NCBI RefSeq assembly: GCF_006345805.1
Contig: NC_043007.1
Span: 20,708,001 to 20,772,000, forward strand
Origin: Octopus sinensis
Lineage: Eukaryota
Direction: 5' to 3'
Length of the DNA: 64,000 nucleotides
Within the stretch, counting starts at the first letter, position 1; every line of letters begins with the position of its first letter. The notes under the pieces are model-generated. The model saw only the letters and a program-made list of their open reading frames with translations. It did not search any database and had not been told where the DNA came from. The translations under genes were made by a program, and so were the position numbers. This document shows, piece by piece, positions 12,831-26,509 of this stretch.

Positions 12831-14149
12831 CTAGTTGAAGCGATTTTATTCAACAAAAAAAATATACACCCAATTATGATATATAAAGCTTTTGATTAAA
12901 GTAATGAAATACAGGATATTATAATAGAGAATTTCAAGGTATCCTAGCGAAATATCTTAATTATAGTTTTCTGTATGAAATAATACCTTGAAAGTATATT
13001 TCTCTGAAAATTGTTTTGTTATTTCTGAAACAAGAAAAAAAAAAGTCTACAAATCAGGAAAGAGATATTATTTTTTAATCTGAGAAAAAATAATCTGACT
13101 TATGTTTAGAAAGAAACAGTCATTCTTCTGAATATGTGTGTGTATGCATGAGTGTAAATGTGTGTGTATGAACGAGTGCATGTGTGTATGCGTGTGTATG
13201 AGTGTATGTGCAAGCAATGTGCACGAATGTGCTTGACAGATGAAAAAGAAAAAAGGTTGAAGTCGCAGCCTCGACTGATAAAAGGTATAAGATAGATTTT
13301 CAGGTATATCATAATTAAATATTAAATATCAAAAGCTCTTGGTTTCACAGAAAAAAAAAAGCAAAAATAAAAAAGACAAAACAAAACAAAAAAAAATGAC
13401 ATTGAAATATAGACATTGAAATTTTATGTTTGTGATCTTTACTTCGTTCATTTGAGATCATCTAATGTTAGTCAAAAAAAACAAAAACAAAAAATAAAAA
13501 AATAAAAATCTTGATGGAGCTATATAAGTCTGAGTGAAAAAGATGAAGAAAAGAAAACACGAATCTCAACTATTTATTAATACTTGTGAGCATTCCAAGG
13601 TGAAATAAAAATTATTTCTTTGCATTTTAATTCTTTTCTCCTTTTTTTAAAAAATAAATTTTGTTGAGATTTAAAAGAAATGAAAAAAAAAAATTAAATA
13701 ATTAACGAAAATTGTTGGTATTTGAAATTTGTTATATATTTACATTATTAGTTTCTGGAAAATAAAAAAAAAAATTACATGAAACAACTGAAACTGTGTA
13801 AGAGTTTTGATTCCACAAAATGGTTTCTTTTTTTTTTTTTAAATGCATACTTGTCTTTCTTAAATGGTGATCAGACCAATCTGTTGGCATTTCATTTTTG
13901 TGTCTGAAACACAACAGAATAACTGATCTCTCCCAAAATATCTATTGATATTCAGATCTGTTTACCAACCAACCTACCTACCTATCCATCCATCTATCTA
14001 TCTATCTATCTATTTACCTGTGTGTCTGTCTTCCTCTCTCTCTCTAAGGAGTAATAAACTGTCAACATCTGCGGAGGGGTTAGACTTCTTATGGTATATT
14101 GTCCAGTACTTGTCTCTCATTATATGTTTACTTATTTTTCACTCATTGT

Positions 14150-14535
14150 ACTGGCAATGACCTCGCTCGAATCCTTTTACACATGCCACCAGCACAGGTG
14201 CCAGAAGGTGACTTTGGTAACGATCATGTTCGAATGGTGCCCTTTAAGTGCTACTGGCACGGAAGCCAGTTAGCTGCACTGTCAATGATCACGCTTGTAT
14301 GGTGCTCTTTGCACCCCGCTAGCACGGATGCCAGTCATCGAATTTGATTTTGATTTTGATTGATTGATTGATTTCACTTGCCTCAACAGGTCTTTGCAAG
14401 CAGAGTTTTAGTGTCCAAAGGAGGAAAAGGTACGCATAAGTGGGCTGGTTACATCCCTTGGCATGGCTTGCCTGCTTTCTCACACACAGCATATTTCCAA
14501 AGATCTCGGTCACTAGTCATTTCCTTGGTGACCGA
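14150..14535 (-). mobile_element. Internal part of the Meta/RTE-tailed retroposon family
   Basis: gatttcacttgcctcaacaggtct and the ctcgaatggtgcc repeats are shared with 24945-25516 and 60792-61380. Confidence 0.65.
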
Positions 14536-14577
14536 GACCTTTGGATATTGTCCCATTTGGATATTGTCCCATTTTGT

Positions 14578-14609
<32 letters not shown>

Positions 14610-14613
<4 letters not shown>

Positions 14614-15085
14614 ACAAAATGGGACAAAAACGCAAAACATCCGGACAACTAGGTGATGCAAAAAGGGACAACAAAACATCCAGATAGACGATACAAAAAA
14701 ACACGGATGGGTCATTCGAAGCCTTTTATCTTCAGTCAAGAACCGGATCATCCTCACAATTTTGGCTGATTAATCTTGAGATTGCTCCAATCTGGCCAGC
14801 CCCAAGGAAAAACTATGTATACGAAACAAGGACGGAAAAACAGACGATGTTACACGAATATAAGTACAAAAATACAATAAAAAAACAACAATAATAATAA
14901 TAACAGGACATAACAACAGGCGTCTTTCGACTGGGGATGAATTGAATTCAGCTGGCGTGTATGGAAATGAAGCTTTATGGCAGAGGGAAAAATATGTGGC
15001 AGTGACCACAGTCAAACACAAAAGGGCTAGCAGTCGGCCAACGGTCAAGTGAGAAGAGAAGAGAGAGAAAAAGAGGAACAAAATA
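14610..15085. mobile_element. Unclassified (TA)n-associated repeat family; also at 19143-19700 and, inverted, 41240-41480
   Basis: gagattgctccaatctggccagccccaaggaaaaacta and aaaacatccagataga.gatac are shared; short inverted copy across the TA tract at 14565-14582. Confidence 0.7.
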
Positions 15086-15160
15086 TATATACATACATAC
15101 ATTTATAAAAAAGAAGTTTGAAAATGCCACTATATAAGATAAATTTTAATTTTCTTAGTA

Positions 15161-15208
15161 ATTTTACATGTTTCGGTTCTTCTTGAAAAAACGAACCTTA
15201 TCAAAAAT
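15161..15208 (-). ncRNA. Candidate minimal type I hammerhead ribozyme, U3-A8 core variant
   Basis: Minus: AUUU-UUGAUAA-GGUUC(loop)GAACC-GAAAC-AU-GUA-AAAU; perfect 5-bp stem II, palindromic ACAUGU stem III, weak AU-only stem I. Confidence 0.55.
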
Positions 15209-15332
15209 ATTTTAAAAAGTTAAGTGTAATAAAAAAGTTCATAATTGTTTCTTACTGGTCTCAACAGAATCCACGTGGTTGTTTTTAGCTCTCTTATGTG
15301 TCCGAATGACCAGTGGCTGAAATATATATATA

Positions 15333-15898
15333 TTGGGTTGTCCGGAAAGTTTGTGTCGATTTATAGTAGCTTACCTTTCGACTTATTTTAGAACATGGTT
15401 GAGTTCATAAAATAGGATTTAACTACACCTCTATTTACAGCACAGTTTAAGCTATCTTTTCGTGGAAGAAGGTTTATGTTCCTATCACCTGTGTTAATTC
15501 TGTAACCTTTTAAAATGGAAGATAAGAAAGTTCATTTTCGGCACTTGATACTTTGGGAACCAGACAAAAATTGCTGCAGCTCGGCTGGGATGTGTTACCC
15601 CACCCTCCATATTCACCAGATATTGCTCCTTCAGATTTTCACTTATTCAGGTCTCTGCAGAATAGTCTTAATAGTAAAAATTTCAATTCCTTGGATGATG
15701 TAAAAAGATACCTTGATGAATTCTTTGCCATGAAACCACCTCAATTCTGGGAAGAGTGTATTTTCAAGTTAAAGGAAAGATGGAGATGCATTGTGCAACA
15801 AAATGGTTCATATTTGGTTGATTAAAAATGTAATGGCAAGTATTTATTGACCTTTTTCTTTCATTTAAAAATCAGCACAAACTTTCTGGACAATCCAG
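15333..15898 (+). mobile_element. Internally deleted mariner element with both TIRs
   Basis: TIRs ttgggttgtccggaaagtttgtgtcgattt / aaatcagcacaaactttctggacaatccag; N-terminal MEDKKVHFRH fused to C-terminal WDVLPHPPYSPDIAPSDFHLFRSL. Confidence 0.92.
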
Positions 15899-16062
15899 CG
15901 AATTCCAGTATGTGGATACAAGTCAGAATGCCTGCTGTGTCCCTTCCTGCTGGTTATGGCTTTGATGGCTCCATTGCAGCAATCCATGTCACACCATACA
16001 GCGGTGATACTTGCATTTTGATACCAGGGGTGAATCCTAAAGATACAGCTAAATCTTTTCCA

Positions 16063-16219
16063 GGAATGGCTCTGTGGTAAGTAGCTTGCTTACCAACCAC
16101 ATGGTTCCGGGTTCAGTCCCACTGCATGGCACCTTGGGCAAGAGTCTTCTACTATACCCTCAGGCTGACCACAGCCTTGTGAGTTGATTTAGTAGACGGA
16201 AACTGAAAGAAGCTCATCG

Positions 16220-16259
<40 letters not shown>

Positions 16260-16421
16260 TATGTGTGTGTGTATACGTTTGTGTGTCTGTGTTTGTCCCC
16301 CACAACATCGCTTGACAACTGATGCTGGTGAATAAGTCTTGGGGTCGATTTGCTCGACTAAAGGTGGTGCTCCAGCATGGCCACAGTCAAATGACTGAAA
16401 CAAGTAAAAGAGTAAAAGAGT
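16063..16421 (+). mobile_element. OR-type tRNA SINE, internally deleted
   Basis: Head, central domain and (GAGTAAAA)-like tail. Confidence 0.8.
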
Positions 16422-16721
16422 AATATTCAGAACTCTTCCAGTCCTCCATAACCAACTAAAATTTTCTCAACTACAACTTTAATCATTATGCTCCCCCAAT
16501 GCCATCGACTGTCCACCAATTCATCAAGCTGTTTCTGAAAAAAGGAGACATCAAAAATCATCAAAATTAGCCCAAACACCTAAACACACACACACCATTA
16601 GTAAATCATAAATCTGAGAGTATACTCTAAGTTATAGACCAGCCACTAGAGTCTGATGAGACGTGTGTAACGAGAAGCACTTTATGGATGCAAAACCCTG
16701 GGTAACCCTATGAACCAACGA

Positions 16722-17470
16722 TGACTGTGGCCATGCTGGAGCACTGCATTTAGTTGAACAAATCGACCCCAAGACTTATTCTTTGTAAGCCCAGTACTTA
16801 TTCTATCGGTCTCTTTTGCCGAACCGCTAAGTGACGGGAACGTAAACACACCAGCATCGGTTATCAAGTGATATTGGGATGACAGACAGAAACACACAAA
16901 CACACACACATACACATATATACATATATACGACAGGCTTCTTTCAGTTTCCGCCTACCAAATCCACTCACAAGGCTTTGGTTGGCCTGGGGCTATAACA
17001 GAAGACACCTGCCCAAGATGCCACGCAGTGGGACTGAACCCGGAACCATGTGGTTGGTTAGCAAGCTACTTACCACACAGCCACTCCTGCGCCTATATAT
17101 ATATATTCTTTTATTCTTTTACTCGTTTCAGTCATTTGACTGTGGCCATGCTGGAGCACTGCCTTTACTCGAGCAAATCGACCCCAAGACTTATTCTTTG
17201 GAAGCCTAGTGCTTATTCTATCGGTCACTTTTGCCAAACTGCTAAGTTACGGGGACGTAAACATACTAGTATCAGTTGTCAAGCAACGTTGGGGGGTACA
17301 AACACAGACACACAAACATACACACACACACATACATATGCAAACACACACACACACACACACACACCACACACACACACATATATGTATGTATATATAT
17401 ACACGACAGGCTTCTTTCAGTTTGCGTCTACCAAATCCACTCACAAGGCTTTGGTCAACCCGAGGCTATA
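16722..17470 (-). mobile_element. Two tandem OR-type SINEs
   Basis: Same consensus as 6705-7520. Confidence 0.8.
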
Positions 17471-18119
17471 TATATATATATATATATATATAAATTAGAA
17501 AAAACCACCTTTTATCAATTTAATAATGAAAACTTAAATTATACCATTTAGAAAAATTACATCCTATAGAAAGATTAAATATAAGATAAAACATATAACA
17601 ATGATTAAGTAATGAGCAAAATAATAAAAATATATATATATCGGTTGTCAAGTAATATATATATACACACACACACACGCATACACACATCAGCAGTCAC
17701 AGGATCACTTAATGTCCATTTACCATACTGGCATGGATTGGAGAGTTCAACAGGATCTGATGAAGCAGAAGACTGTACCAAGCTCCACAGTCTGTTTTGA
17801 TATGGCCTCTACAGCTGGATGCTCTTCTGAATGTCAACCTCTCTGCAGAAAGTACTGAGTACTATTTACATGGCACCAACATCAGTGAGGTTACCAGGCA
17901 ACTGGCAAAACAAGACAAGGTTGTTGTACTGAGGGAAGTGGCTTTGTGCCAAGTGACGACAGGTAAAACTATGATAGAGGGACAGGAATGAGAGTGTTGC
18001 AGAACGAGAGATAAATGGTTAGTCCAGTTGGAAAAGAGAAATGGTGGGGAAGATGTGTCCGAGAGCATAACTCAAGTTACAGGAAAGTGAATGTAACAGA
18101 AGTGGCACAGAAGATTGAA

Positions 18120-18166
<47 letters not shown>

Positions 18167-18170
18167 GAGT

Positions 18171-18242
<72 letters not shown>

Positions 18243-18369
18243 TGTGCATGTATTTTTAGATCATTGATCAATATATCAGAAATTCCTGATTATGGCATGT
18301 AATTGGTCAGAATGATTCACTTGGATTATTGCATTTAGAAAATACTGGTGATTCTTCAGACATAGCTTC

Positions 18370-18787
18370 TTATTTCTTAATTGTCTACAAGGGGCTAAAC
18401 ATAGAGGAGACAAACAAGGACAGACAAAGAAATTAAGTCGATTACATCGATCCCAGTGCGTAACTGGTACTTAATTTATCGACCCCGAAAGGATGAAAGG
18501 AAAAGTTGATCTTGGCAGAATTTGAACTCAGAACGTAGCGGCAGACGAAATACCTATTTCTTTACTACCCACAAGGGGCTAAACATAGAGGGGACAAACA
18601 AGGACAGACAAAGGGATTAAGTCGAATACATCGACTCCTGTGCGTAAGTGGTACTTAATTTATCGACCCCGAAAGGATGAAAGGCAAAGTCGACCTTGGC
18701 GGAATTTGAACTCAGAACGTAACAGCAGACGAAACACCACTAAGTATTTCCCCTAGCGCGCTAATGCTTCTGCCAGCTCTCCGCCTT
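18370..18787 (-). mobile_element. Nin-domain SINE with duplicated internal unit and 13-bp TSD
   Basis: TSD agacatagcttct on both sides; two copies of the ~185-bp unit. Confidence 0.85.
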
Positions 18788-21399
18788 TAGACATAGCTTC
18801 TGTTATGCTGAAGTATACATAGACCTTGGCAAGCTCATGCTAATAAAAACAACCAAAATGAAACGGTGAAAAATTACAACGTTTTTCTAGAAAAAAAGAG
18901 CATTTGCTTCTTTTGGATGGATGTTAGCCATGGTTGACGTGTGTCAGCTGTGTGTGTACACATGTATGTTGTGTTCTGTCATGCATAGCAGGTTGGCACT
19001 GTTGTACTCTGTCTAGCCCTGGATGTTGTCAAATGGCTGACTATGGAAGCATCTGGAGTGACACACCAACAGCTGGCTGCATCAATTAAATTTCAGTTAT
19101 ATATAAATCATCATCATATATACAATAATGAAATAATCATTACACAAAACATCCAGACAGGTGATACAAAAAAGGGAAAACACAACATCCAGATAGATGA
19201 TACAAAGAAAATAAGGACGGGTCATTTGGAGTTTTCATTCCTCAGTCAAGTTCCAGATTATCTTTGCAATTTTGGCTGGTTATACTCGAGATTGCTCCAA
19301 TCTGGCCAGCCCCAAGGAAAAACTAAGCTAAGAGCATTAGATTCCTTGGAAGAAAGCAGTTAATGTATATGAAAACAAGGAAGGAAAAAAAAAACGGAGA
19401 ATGTTACACAAATATAAATAACAGGACATAACAACATGTGTCTTTCGACTAAGCTGGCATGTGTGGAAGCAAAGCCTATGGCAGGGATACAAGATTTCAC
19501 AGGCACAGGGAGGAATATAGATGTTGCAGGGATGACAGCTGAACCAAGAAAGAGAGATCAGGCTTGGCCGAACACCAGTCACGTGGGGAGAGAAGAGAGA
19601 GAGATAGAGGCAGAGGGACAGAAGAATTAAGGAGGGGCGAGAAAAAATGACAGGGACACAGTGAAGTGAAAAGAGGAGAGAAAGTGAGCAAGAAGAGAAG
19701 GCAGGGAAATGTGAGAGAGGGGGAACGTTAGAACGAAGAGCGGGATGAACGAATAAGCATGAAAGGGCTGATAGAAAGAAAGAATAGAGCCGTACAAGGT
19801 TTAGATAAATATATACTTACATATAAGAGACCAAAATGTACGTACGTCACTCTCTCTCTCTCTCTCTCTCTCTCTATTATATATATATATATATATATAT
19901 AAAACACAAAATGGGACAAGAGCACTAAAAAAAAAGGGCAGTTAGGTGATAGCTGCAGGAGTGGCTCTGTAGTAAGAAGCTTGCTTCCCAACCACATGGT
20001 TCCGGGTTCAATTCAACTGTGTGGCGATGGTGGGGGGACAAACACAGACACACAAGTACATACATATATATTTGTATATACGATGGGCTTCTTTCAGTTT
20101 CCATCTACCAAATCCACTGACAATGCTTTGGATGGCCCAAGGCTATAATAGAAGACACTTGCCCAAAGTGCCACACTAATGCTGCTGATATATATATACA
20201 TATATATATTTTTTCCTTTTATCCAGTTTCAGCTCATGAGCTGTGGCCATGCTGGGGCATCGCCATTGTTTTGTACAACAGGGGTTGCCACCCCCTGCCA
20301 GAGCCACGTGGAGGTTTAGGTGTTTTCGCTCAATAAACACACCCAACGCCTGGTCTGGGAATCGAAACCGCGATCCTCCGACCGAATTAGGAAAAAACCC
20401 TCCCCATTGGTAAATCAAAATAACAAAGTGAACTCAGTGATAAAAAATCTGCCCCTAAGCTAAGGTCTTCTACGACCATGTTTTTACTGATGAAATTCAC
20501 CCCTCTGTCTATATACCTACCCTCTTTGTAATGTTGGCAAATGGAATAAGTATAATAATGAACATTGTCAATTTAATTTTTAAAATTCCATATGTGGCTG
20601 AAGAGTGCTCTACGTAAAAAACGTAAAAACCACCATTTGACTGTGTGAATCTGAGAGGGGAATATGTTGGATAAAATCATAATTAACTGATTCTCTTGTA
20701 TTTTTTTTTTACCAAAAAGCCAGGAACTTTTCTGCACTTCCTCGTAGAGGAGACTATCATTGATTCACAAAATTAAGAGACAAAAGAGGTGATTTTATTT
20801 TGAAAATAAAAGCCTGTGTGGAATGTGGACGCAATGCAGTGGCATCCTTTGGTGCGAAATAATGTGAAAGCTAGTTTTTTTAATTGCTTTCCAATCCTCG
20901 TTTATGCTGGGGGAAAAGGATAAATGCAGTAAATGAAAATTTTGCCGAGAATAGAAACCAAATGAAAGCAGGTCAATGCGAAGACTTATGACTTCTATGA
21001 AATTTGGAACGAAATATTGCAAAACTTGCTGCTGATCGTCAGCCACAAGAATTGCATCGATAAATGCTGCGAGATATTTCTGTTCTTATTAATCATATTA
21101 ACAGGCAATCATAATTGTTTCTGTTTTATTCGATTTAATAAAAATCTTGCTTGATAACTAAAATAGTAAAACTTCTAACATCCGTATTAAATTCAATTGA
21201 ACAGCCACTCCCTTTCGTTTATAATGTAAGAGCAACATTTTGAGGAGCCTTCAAGTGTTTTAGCTGTATGTATGTTATGGATGGGTGACTTGCGGGAAAA
21301 TACGAGAAGCATTGTATTAGATCTTCATAATAAAGTGTCATTTCGTTTAGTAGCAGCGGTGGGATTCTTTTGTAGATGCAACACACTCAAAATGCACAA

Positions 21400-22112
21400 C
21401 AGTTGCAACGCAAAAAATATTTAATTACATCTCAAAAAATATCCCCAAACAAGCTGGCCGCAGTATGGTATCCTGCTAAAAAAAATTTCTCCCGCAGCCG
21501 GGGGAAAAACTTGATATCAATTACAGTTATAATCAGAAGTGGCTAGATTTTAATACCAAGTCTACGACCTGCAATGTGTCAATTGCAGAGAATCATTATC
21601 TAACTTCGCTGCTTTTACCTATCGACTTGCCTGAAGTGGAGGATTTTTTATGCAGGAACTATTTTAAGATACACCGTGTAAACACGCATGCGTAATAATC
21701 GTTCAAAACAAACAAAAACCGGGAAGTTTAATGTATTTTCTAAATTTCCTCCGATTCTGTTTTTTTTATTAATATCATCTTTTTTTTAAAGCATATCTTA
21801 ACCGGAGATCTCATCTAGATCCGAATAGCAAGCATAATGCACCAGTGTATCGATATCGTAAAGAATAACCTGCCAGTATATTCCTATCACAGACAGAGAT
21901 CAAGAGGGAAACACCTTCTTTGACTTATGCATTTCCTTATCGTTATTAATATTCTAAGCAACTGTACTTCTGTACAATTTAAGTGATCGTCATGTCCAGG
22001 AATTAGCCATCTCTGGCCAACGACAGTTGTTTTTATCGAATGTGATGCCAAAAACCCAATTAAATAACCACATCAACATCAACACTGCGACGGATTCCAT
22101 TCAACTGTAAGT
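21400..22112 (+). promoter_or_regulatory. Possible promoter and non-coding first exon of SLX4
   Basis: Repeat-free, relatively CpG-rich island; palindrome acgcatgcgt (NRF1-like) at 21684-21693; donor-like ct|gtaagt at ~22107; the SLX4 ORF exon begins with an acceptor, so an upstream exon is needed. Confidence 0.35.
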
Positions 22113-22304
22113 CAACTCTTTTTGTTCTGAATCTAAGGTTATGTCCGTTAGGAATGTTTTTTTCCAGGCAATAAATTCATTAAACAAGAAACGAGTAATT
22201 GTGAAATGATTATTGTGCAACCCCGTTCATCCTTGTTTCACTTTATATAACGAAAAGCAACATTGTACTCTTTCGCTCTCTCAGGATTTTCAGTTCAAAT
22301 GATA

Positions 22305-22705
22305 ACCTATTTCTTTACTACCCACAAGGGGCTAAACACAAAGGGGACAGACAAACGGATCAAGTCGATTACATCGACCCCAGTGCGTAACTGGTACTTA
22401 ATTTATCGACCCCGAAAGGATGAAAGGCAAAGTCGACCTCGGCGGAATTTGAACTCAGAACGTAACGGCAGACGAAATACCTATTTCTTTACTACCCACA
22501 AGGGGCTAAACACAGAGAGGACAAACAAAGACAAACGAATTAAGTCGATTACATCGACTCCAGTGCGTAACTGGTACTTATTTAATCGAGTCCGAAAGGA
22601 TGAAAAGCAAAGTCGACCTCGGCGGAATTTGAACTCAGAACATAACAGCAGACGAAATACCGCTGAGCATTTCACCCGGCGTGCTTAACGTTTCTGCCAG
22701 CTCAC
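22305..22705 (-). mobile_element. Nin-domain SINE with two internal units
   Basis: Same consensus as 18370-18787. Confidence 0.85.
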
Positions 22706-22879
22706 ACGTGCATAAGTTTCACAGAAACATTCAAGATATCTTACCATTTGTCTAAGATCGTTCCCTCAATGTTTTCAACCCAAATAATGATTAGACACAT
22801 AAAAATAAATATATTTTATTTGCGTCTGCTTTTACACTGTCATCCTACACATTACGACAAACCATAATAGCAACAACCT

Positions 22880-23440
22880 CTTCCGGGTGTTTACATTCTT
22901 GATAGAATTCGGGATCAAGATGTTAACACGGGTCCTCTTCTTTCTACTTGGTTGGAGGTTTTTGGCTGATCATCGAAATGTATCTTTGTTGTGTCTTTTC
23001 CTTAAGTATTTTCATGGTCATTGCTCTAATGAACTTTCTAGTCTAGTACCTAGAGGGGACAAACAGGGACAGACATAAGTATTAAGTCGATTACATCGAC
23101 CCCAGTGCGTAACTGGTACTTAATTTATCGACCCCGAAAGGATGAAAGGCAAAGTCGACCTTGCCAGAATTTGAACTCAGAATGTAACGGCAGACGAAAT
23201 ACTGCTAAGCATTTCGCCCGGCGTGCTAACGTTTCAGCCAGCTCGACGCCTTAGTCTAGTACCCTCTATCAAGACCTTTAAACATGATGTCTCTCCTTTT
23301 CCCATTTCTCTGTTGACCTTGCTGTTAATAATAAGTCCTTTTATTCCAATAGCTTCTTTCTTAGGATTGCTGCTCTCTGGAACTCACTACCATCCTTTTG
23401 TTTCCCTCTGGTCTTTGATATTCTGTCCTTTAAGCTTTCT
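22880..23440 (+). mobile_element. Old CR1/Jockey-like LINE 3' fragment interrupted by a Nin SINE (23051-23251, minus)
   Basis: LADHRNVSLLCLFLKYFHGHCSNELSSLVP resembles the LINE RT C-terminal region; 12-bp TSD tagtctagtacc flanks the SINE. Confidence 0.7.
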
Positions 23441-23553
23441 GTCAATTGACATCTTTTGAATTTGTAGGCCTCTTCTTTGCCTTCTTTGTATATGTTATGG
23501 TGGCCTCAAGCCTAGTTTGGGACAAAATTGTATTAAAAAGCAAAACCAAAAAT

Positions 23554-23945
23554 AGGCGCAGAAGTGGCTGTGTGGTAAGTAGCTTGTTTACCAACCACAT
23601 GGTTCCAGGTTCAGTCCCACTGCATGGCACCTTGGGCAAGTGTCTTCTACTATAGCCTCGGGTCGACCAAAGCCTTGTGAGTGGATTTGGTAGACGGAAA
23701 CTGAAAGAAGCCCGTCGTATATATGTATATATATTAATGTGCGTGTATGTTTGTGTGTCTGTGTTTGGCCCCTAGCATTGCTTGACAACCGATGCTGGTG
23801 TGTTTATGTCCCCGTCACTTAGCGGTTCGGCAAAAGAGACCGATAGAATAAGTACTGGGGTTACAAAGAATAAGTCCCGGGGTTGAGTTGTTTGATTAAA
23901 GGCGGTGCCCCAGCATGGCCACAGTCAAATGACTGAAACAAGTAA
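23554..23945 (+). mobile_element. Full-length OR-type tRNA SINE
   Basis: ggcgcagaagtggctgtgtggtaag head through to gactgaaacaag tail. Confidence 0.88.
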
Positions 23946-24944
23946 TAAAAGAAAAAAAGAAAAAAGAAAGAAAAGCAATAATCTTTTGAGATTATTGCAA
24001 GATGACAACAGAGCAGAGAACAAAGCAGTGCTAGGAAATTAAAATTAATTGCAGAGCTTTGATTAAAGAAGCTATTGCAGTATGTTCAAGAGGAGGAACT
24101 CTAGACTAGGAATTTATTGAAAGTACTTGGAAACAGGTGAAGGTTGGTGGCAGGAAAGGCATCCAGTTGTAGAAACTGGGTCAATAAATACTGTCCAACT
24201 TTTGCAAGTATGGAAGAATGGATACTAAAATGATGATGATGTAAGAGATTGTTGTTTCATACAGTATGTACACAGCACAACAAGATCCAGGGGCAGTAAA
24301 AAAGGGAAACACTTCATATTCAGAAATCTTGAAATTTTTCAAGGTGAAGGACTGGTGGATGATGTATGGATAATGACAGCATTAGGCAAAGGTCGTTTCA
24401 AATGTAAAACTTCCAGAATGAAGAGATAAAAATAATGTTTTATCTCTGCAACAAAGGTCTTTTTTCTTTTTAGGTATTACTCCGAAAATCTGTTCAAGTG
24501 AACTTCAACGTAAACACAAACATCCTGTTGATTCTAAAACTATTTCATAGCACGGAAAACTGAAGTCAAACAATGATGATGATGATGATTTCATACAAAA
24601 ATTTATATAAAAATAATTATTATTGGATCAATTAATGCCAAGAAACTAAAAACTAAGTCATGCATGCTAACATAAGGATTACGTATAAACAAAATGAAGA
24701 ATTAGCATTCAGAACAGCTTCACTTCAGACAATATGAAACTCAGAAGTTTGTGGTGTTTCTTTGTTTCCAGTGTCTTATGAAAATGAAAGTAGCCCTGTG
24801 AATAGGAGATGTTAGCCAGGTCAAAAGGTGAATTCAAATGATTTAACCGATCTATTCTCGTTAAGCAATTATTCTTACAAACTCTCATTAACTTCCTCTG
24901 TGACAATAACACCACTGATATAATCCTTTAGTGTTTAACTCACT

Positions 24945-25516
24945 TATGCGTGCCTTTTCTTCATTGGACACTAAACTCTGCTTGCGAAGACCAGTTGAGG
25001 CAAGTGAAATCGAAGTCGAAATCACTCGATTGCGGAGACCTGTTGAAGCACGTGAAATCAATCAAACTCGGTGACTGGCATCCGTTGATAGTGGAGCGCT
25101 AAGAGTACCATATGAGTGAGATTGTTGCCAGAGCAACAAGCTGGCCTTCGTGCTGATGGCACATTAAACACATCATTCAAGCGTGATCGTTACTGCGTCA
25201 CCTTACTAGCACTTGTGCTGGTGGCACATGAAACATTCGAGCGAGGTCGTCACCAGTGCCGCTGGATTGGCTCTTGTGTAGGTGACATATAAAAAGCACC
25301 ATTTGAGTGTGGCTGTTGCCAGCACCACCAAACTGGCCCTCGTGCCGGTGGCACATAAAAGCAGCCACTACACTCTCGGAGTGGTTGGCGTTAGGAAGGG
25401 CATCCAGCTGTAGAAACTCTGCCAGATCAGATTAAAGTCTGGTTTGCCAGACCTCAGTCAAATCATCCAACCCATGCTAGCATGGAAAGCGGACGTTAAA
25501 TGATGATGATGATGAT
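24945..25516 (+). mobile_element. Meta-domain / RTE-tailed retroposon with internal ~60-bp degenerate repeats
   Basis: ggcgttaggaagggcatccagctgtagaaa; tail gcggacgttaaatgatgatgat. Confidence 0.75.
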
Positions 25517-25978
25517 ATCTGGCCCTAATTGTTTACTTCCCAGACATGTAGATCCTATGACAGAAAACACATATCCATTTTCCTATTACTGAAGAATTCG
25601 TTTCATGGACCCTTCTGAATTGTGGGGATGTCCGTATTTTTATTTCATTTTGTTTACATAAACTTGATGTTTTCTAAATTTTCAGAATATTACCAGTTTA
25701 TGCTGTTTGCCATTTGATTTGAAAGTTTATGCTTTTATAGTTCATTGTCATGAGAGTAAAACTAACTTCTTTATACATGAAAATTTTAGAGTAATAAAAC
25801 TTTCTATTGAAAACTACTGAATCTCTATTTATGTGTCATATGAGGAGCTTACTTTCAAAACTGGTAGACATGCATAGTTGGTCAATTTCATGATATCCAT
25901 TAAAACACAATCTGCAAGCTACTGGCTTTATGCACATGAAATTCTTTTCAGTCAAACTGGGATATATACCTTATAGAC

Positions 25979-26390
25979 AGGCGTAGGAGCGGCTGTGTGG
26001 TAAGTAGCTTGCTTACCAACCACTTGGTTCCAGGTTCAGTCCCACTGCATGGCACCTTGGGCAAGTGTCTTCTACTATAGCCTCGGGCCGACCAAAGCCT
26101 TGTGAGTGGATTTGGTAGACGGAAACTGAAAGAAGCCCGTCGTGTATATGTATATATGTATATATATATATATATGTGTGTGTGTATATGTGTCTGTGTT
26201 TGTTCCTCCAACATCGCTTGACAACTGATGCTGGTGTGTTTACGTCCCCCGTAACTTAGCGGATCGGCAAAAAGAGACCGATAGAATAAGTACTATGCTT
26301 ACAAAGAATAAGTCCTGGGGTCGATTTGCTCGACTAAAGGCGGTGCTCCAGCGTGGCCGCAGTCAAATGACTGAAACAAGTAAAAGAGTA
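25979..26390 (+). mobile_element. Full-length OR-type tRNA SINE
   Basis: Matches the family consensus. Confidence 0.88.
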
Positions 26391-26509
26391 GGTGAATCTT
26401 AGTCTTTCAATCAAAATCAGATATATTTAGACACTAAATTCCCTCAGTTACTCAAAAGTCATTCCAATGTATCTATCTGGTTTTGAAAGTAAGCTCTTCA
26501 TATATTCAG

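Noticed and set aside
14705-14790. CUGANGA conserved in the 14610/19143/41240 repeat family
   Set aside because: No consistent stem II, GAAA or stem I could be built.
16648-16685. Canonical CUGAUGA with possible stems I and II
   Set aside because: It is followed by GAAGC with no stem III or NUH site; at best a deleted remnant.
20795-21046. 83-aa minus-strand ORF in unique sequence
   Set aside because: Non-ATG start, no recognisable domain, and no convincing splice sites.
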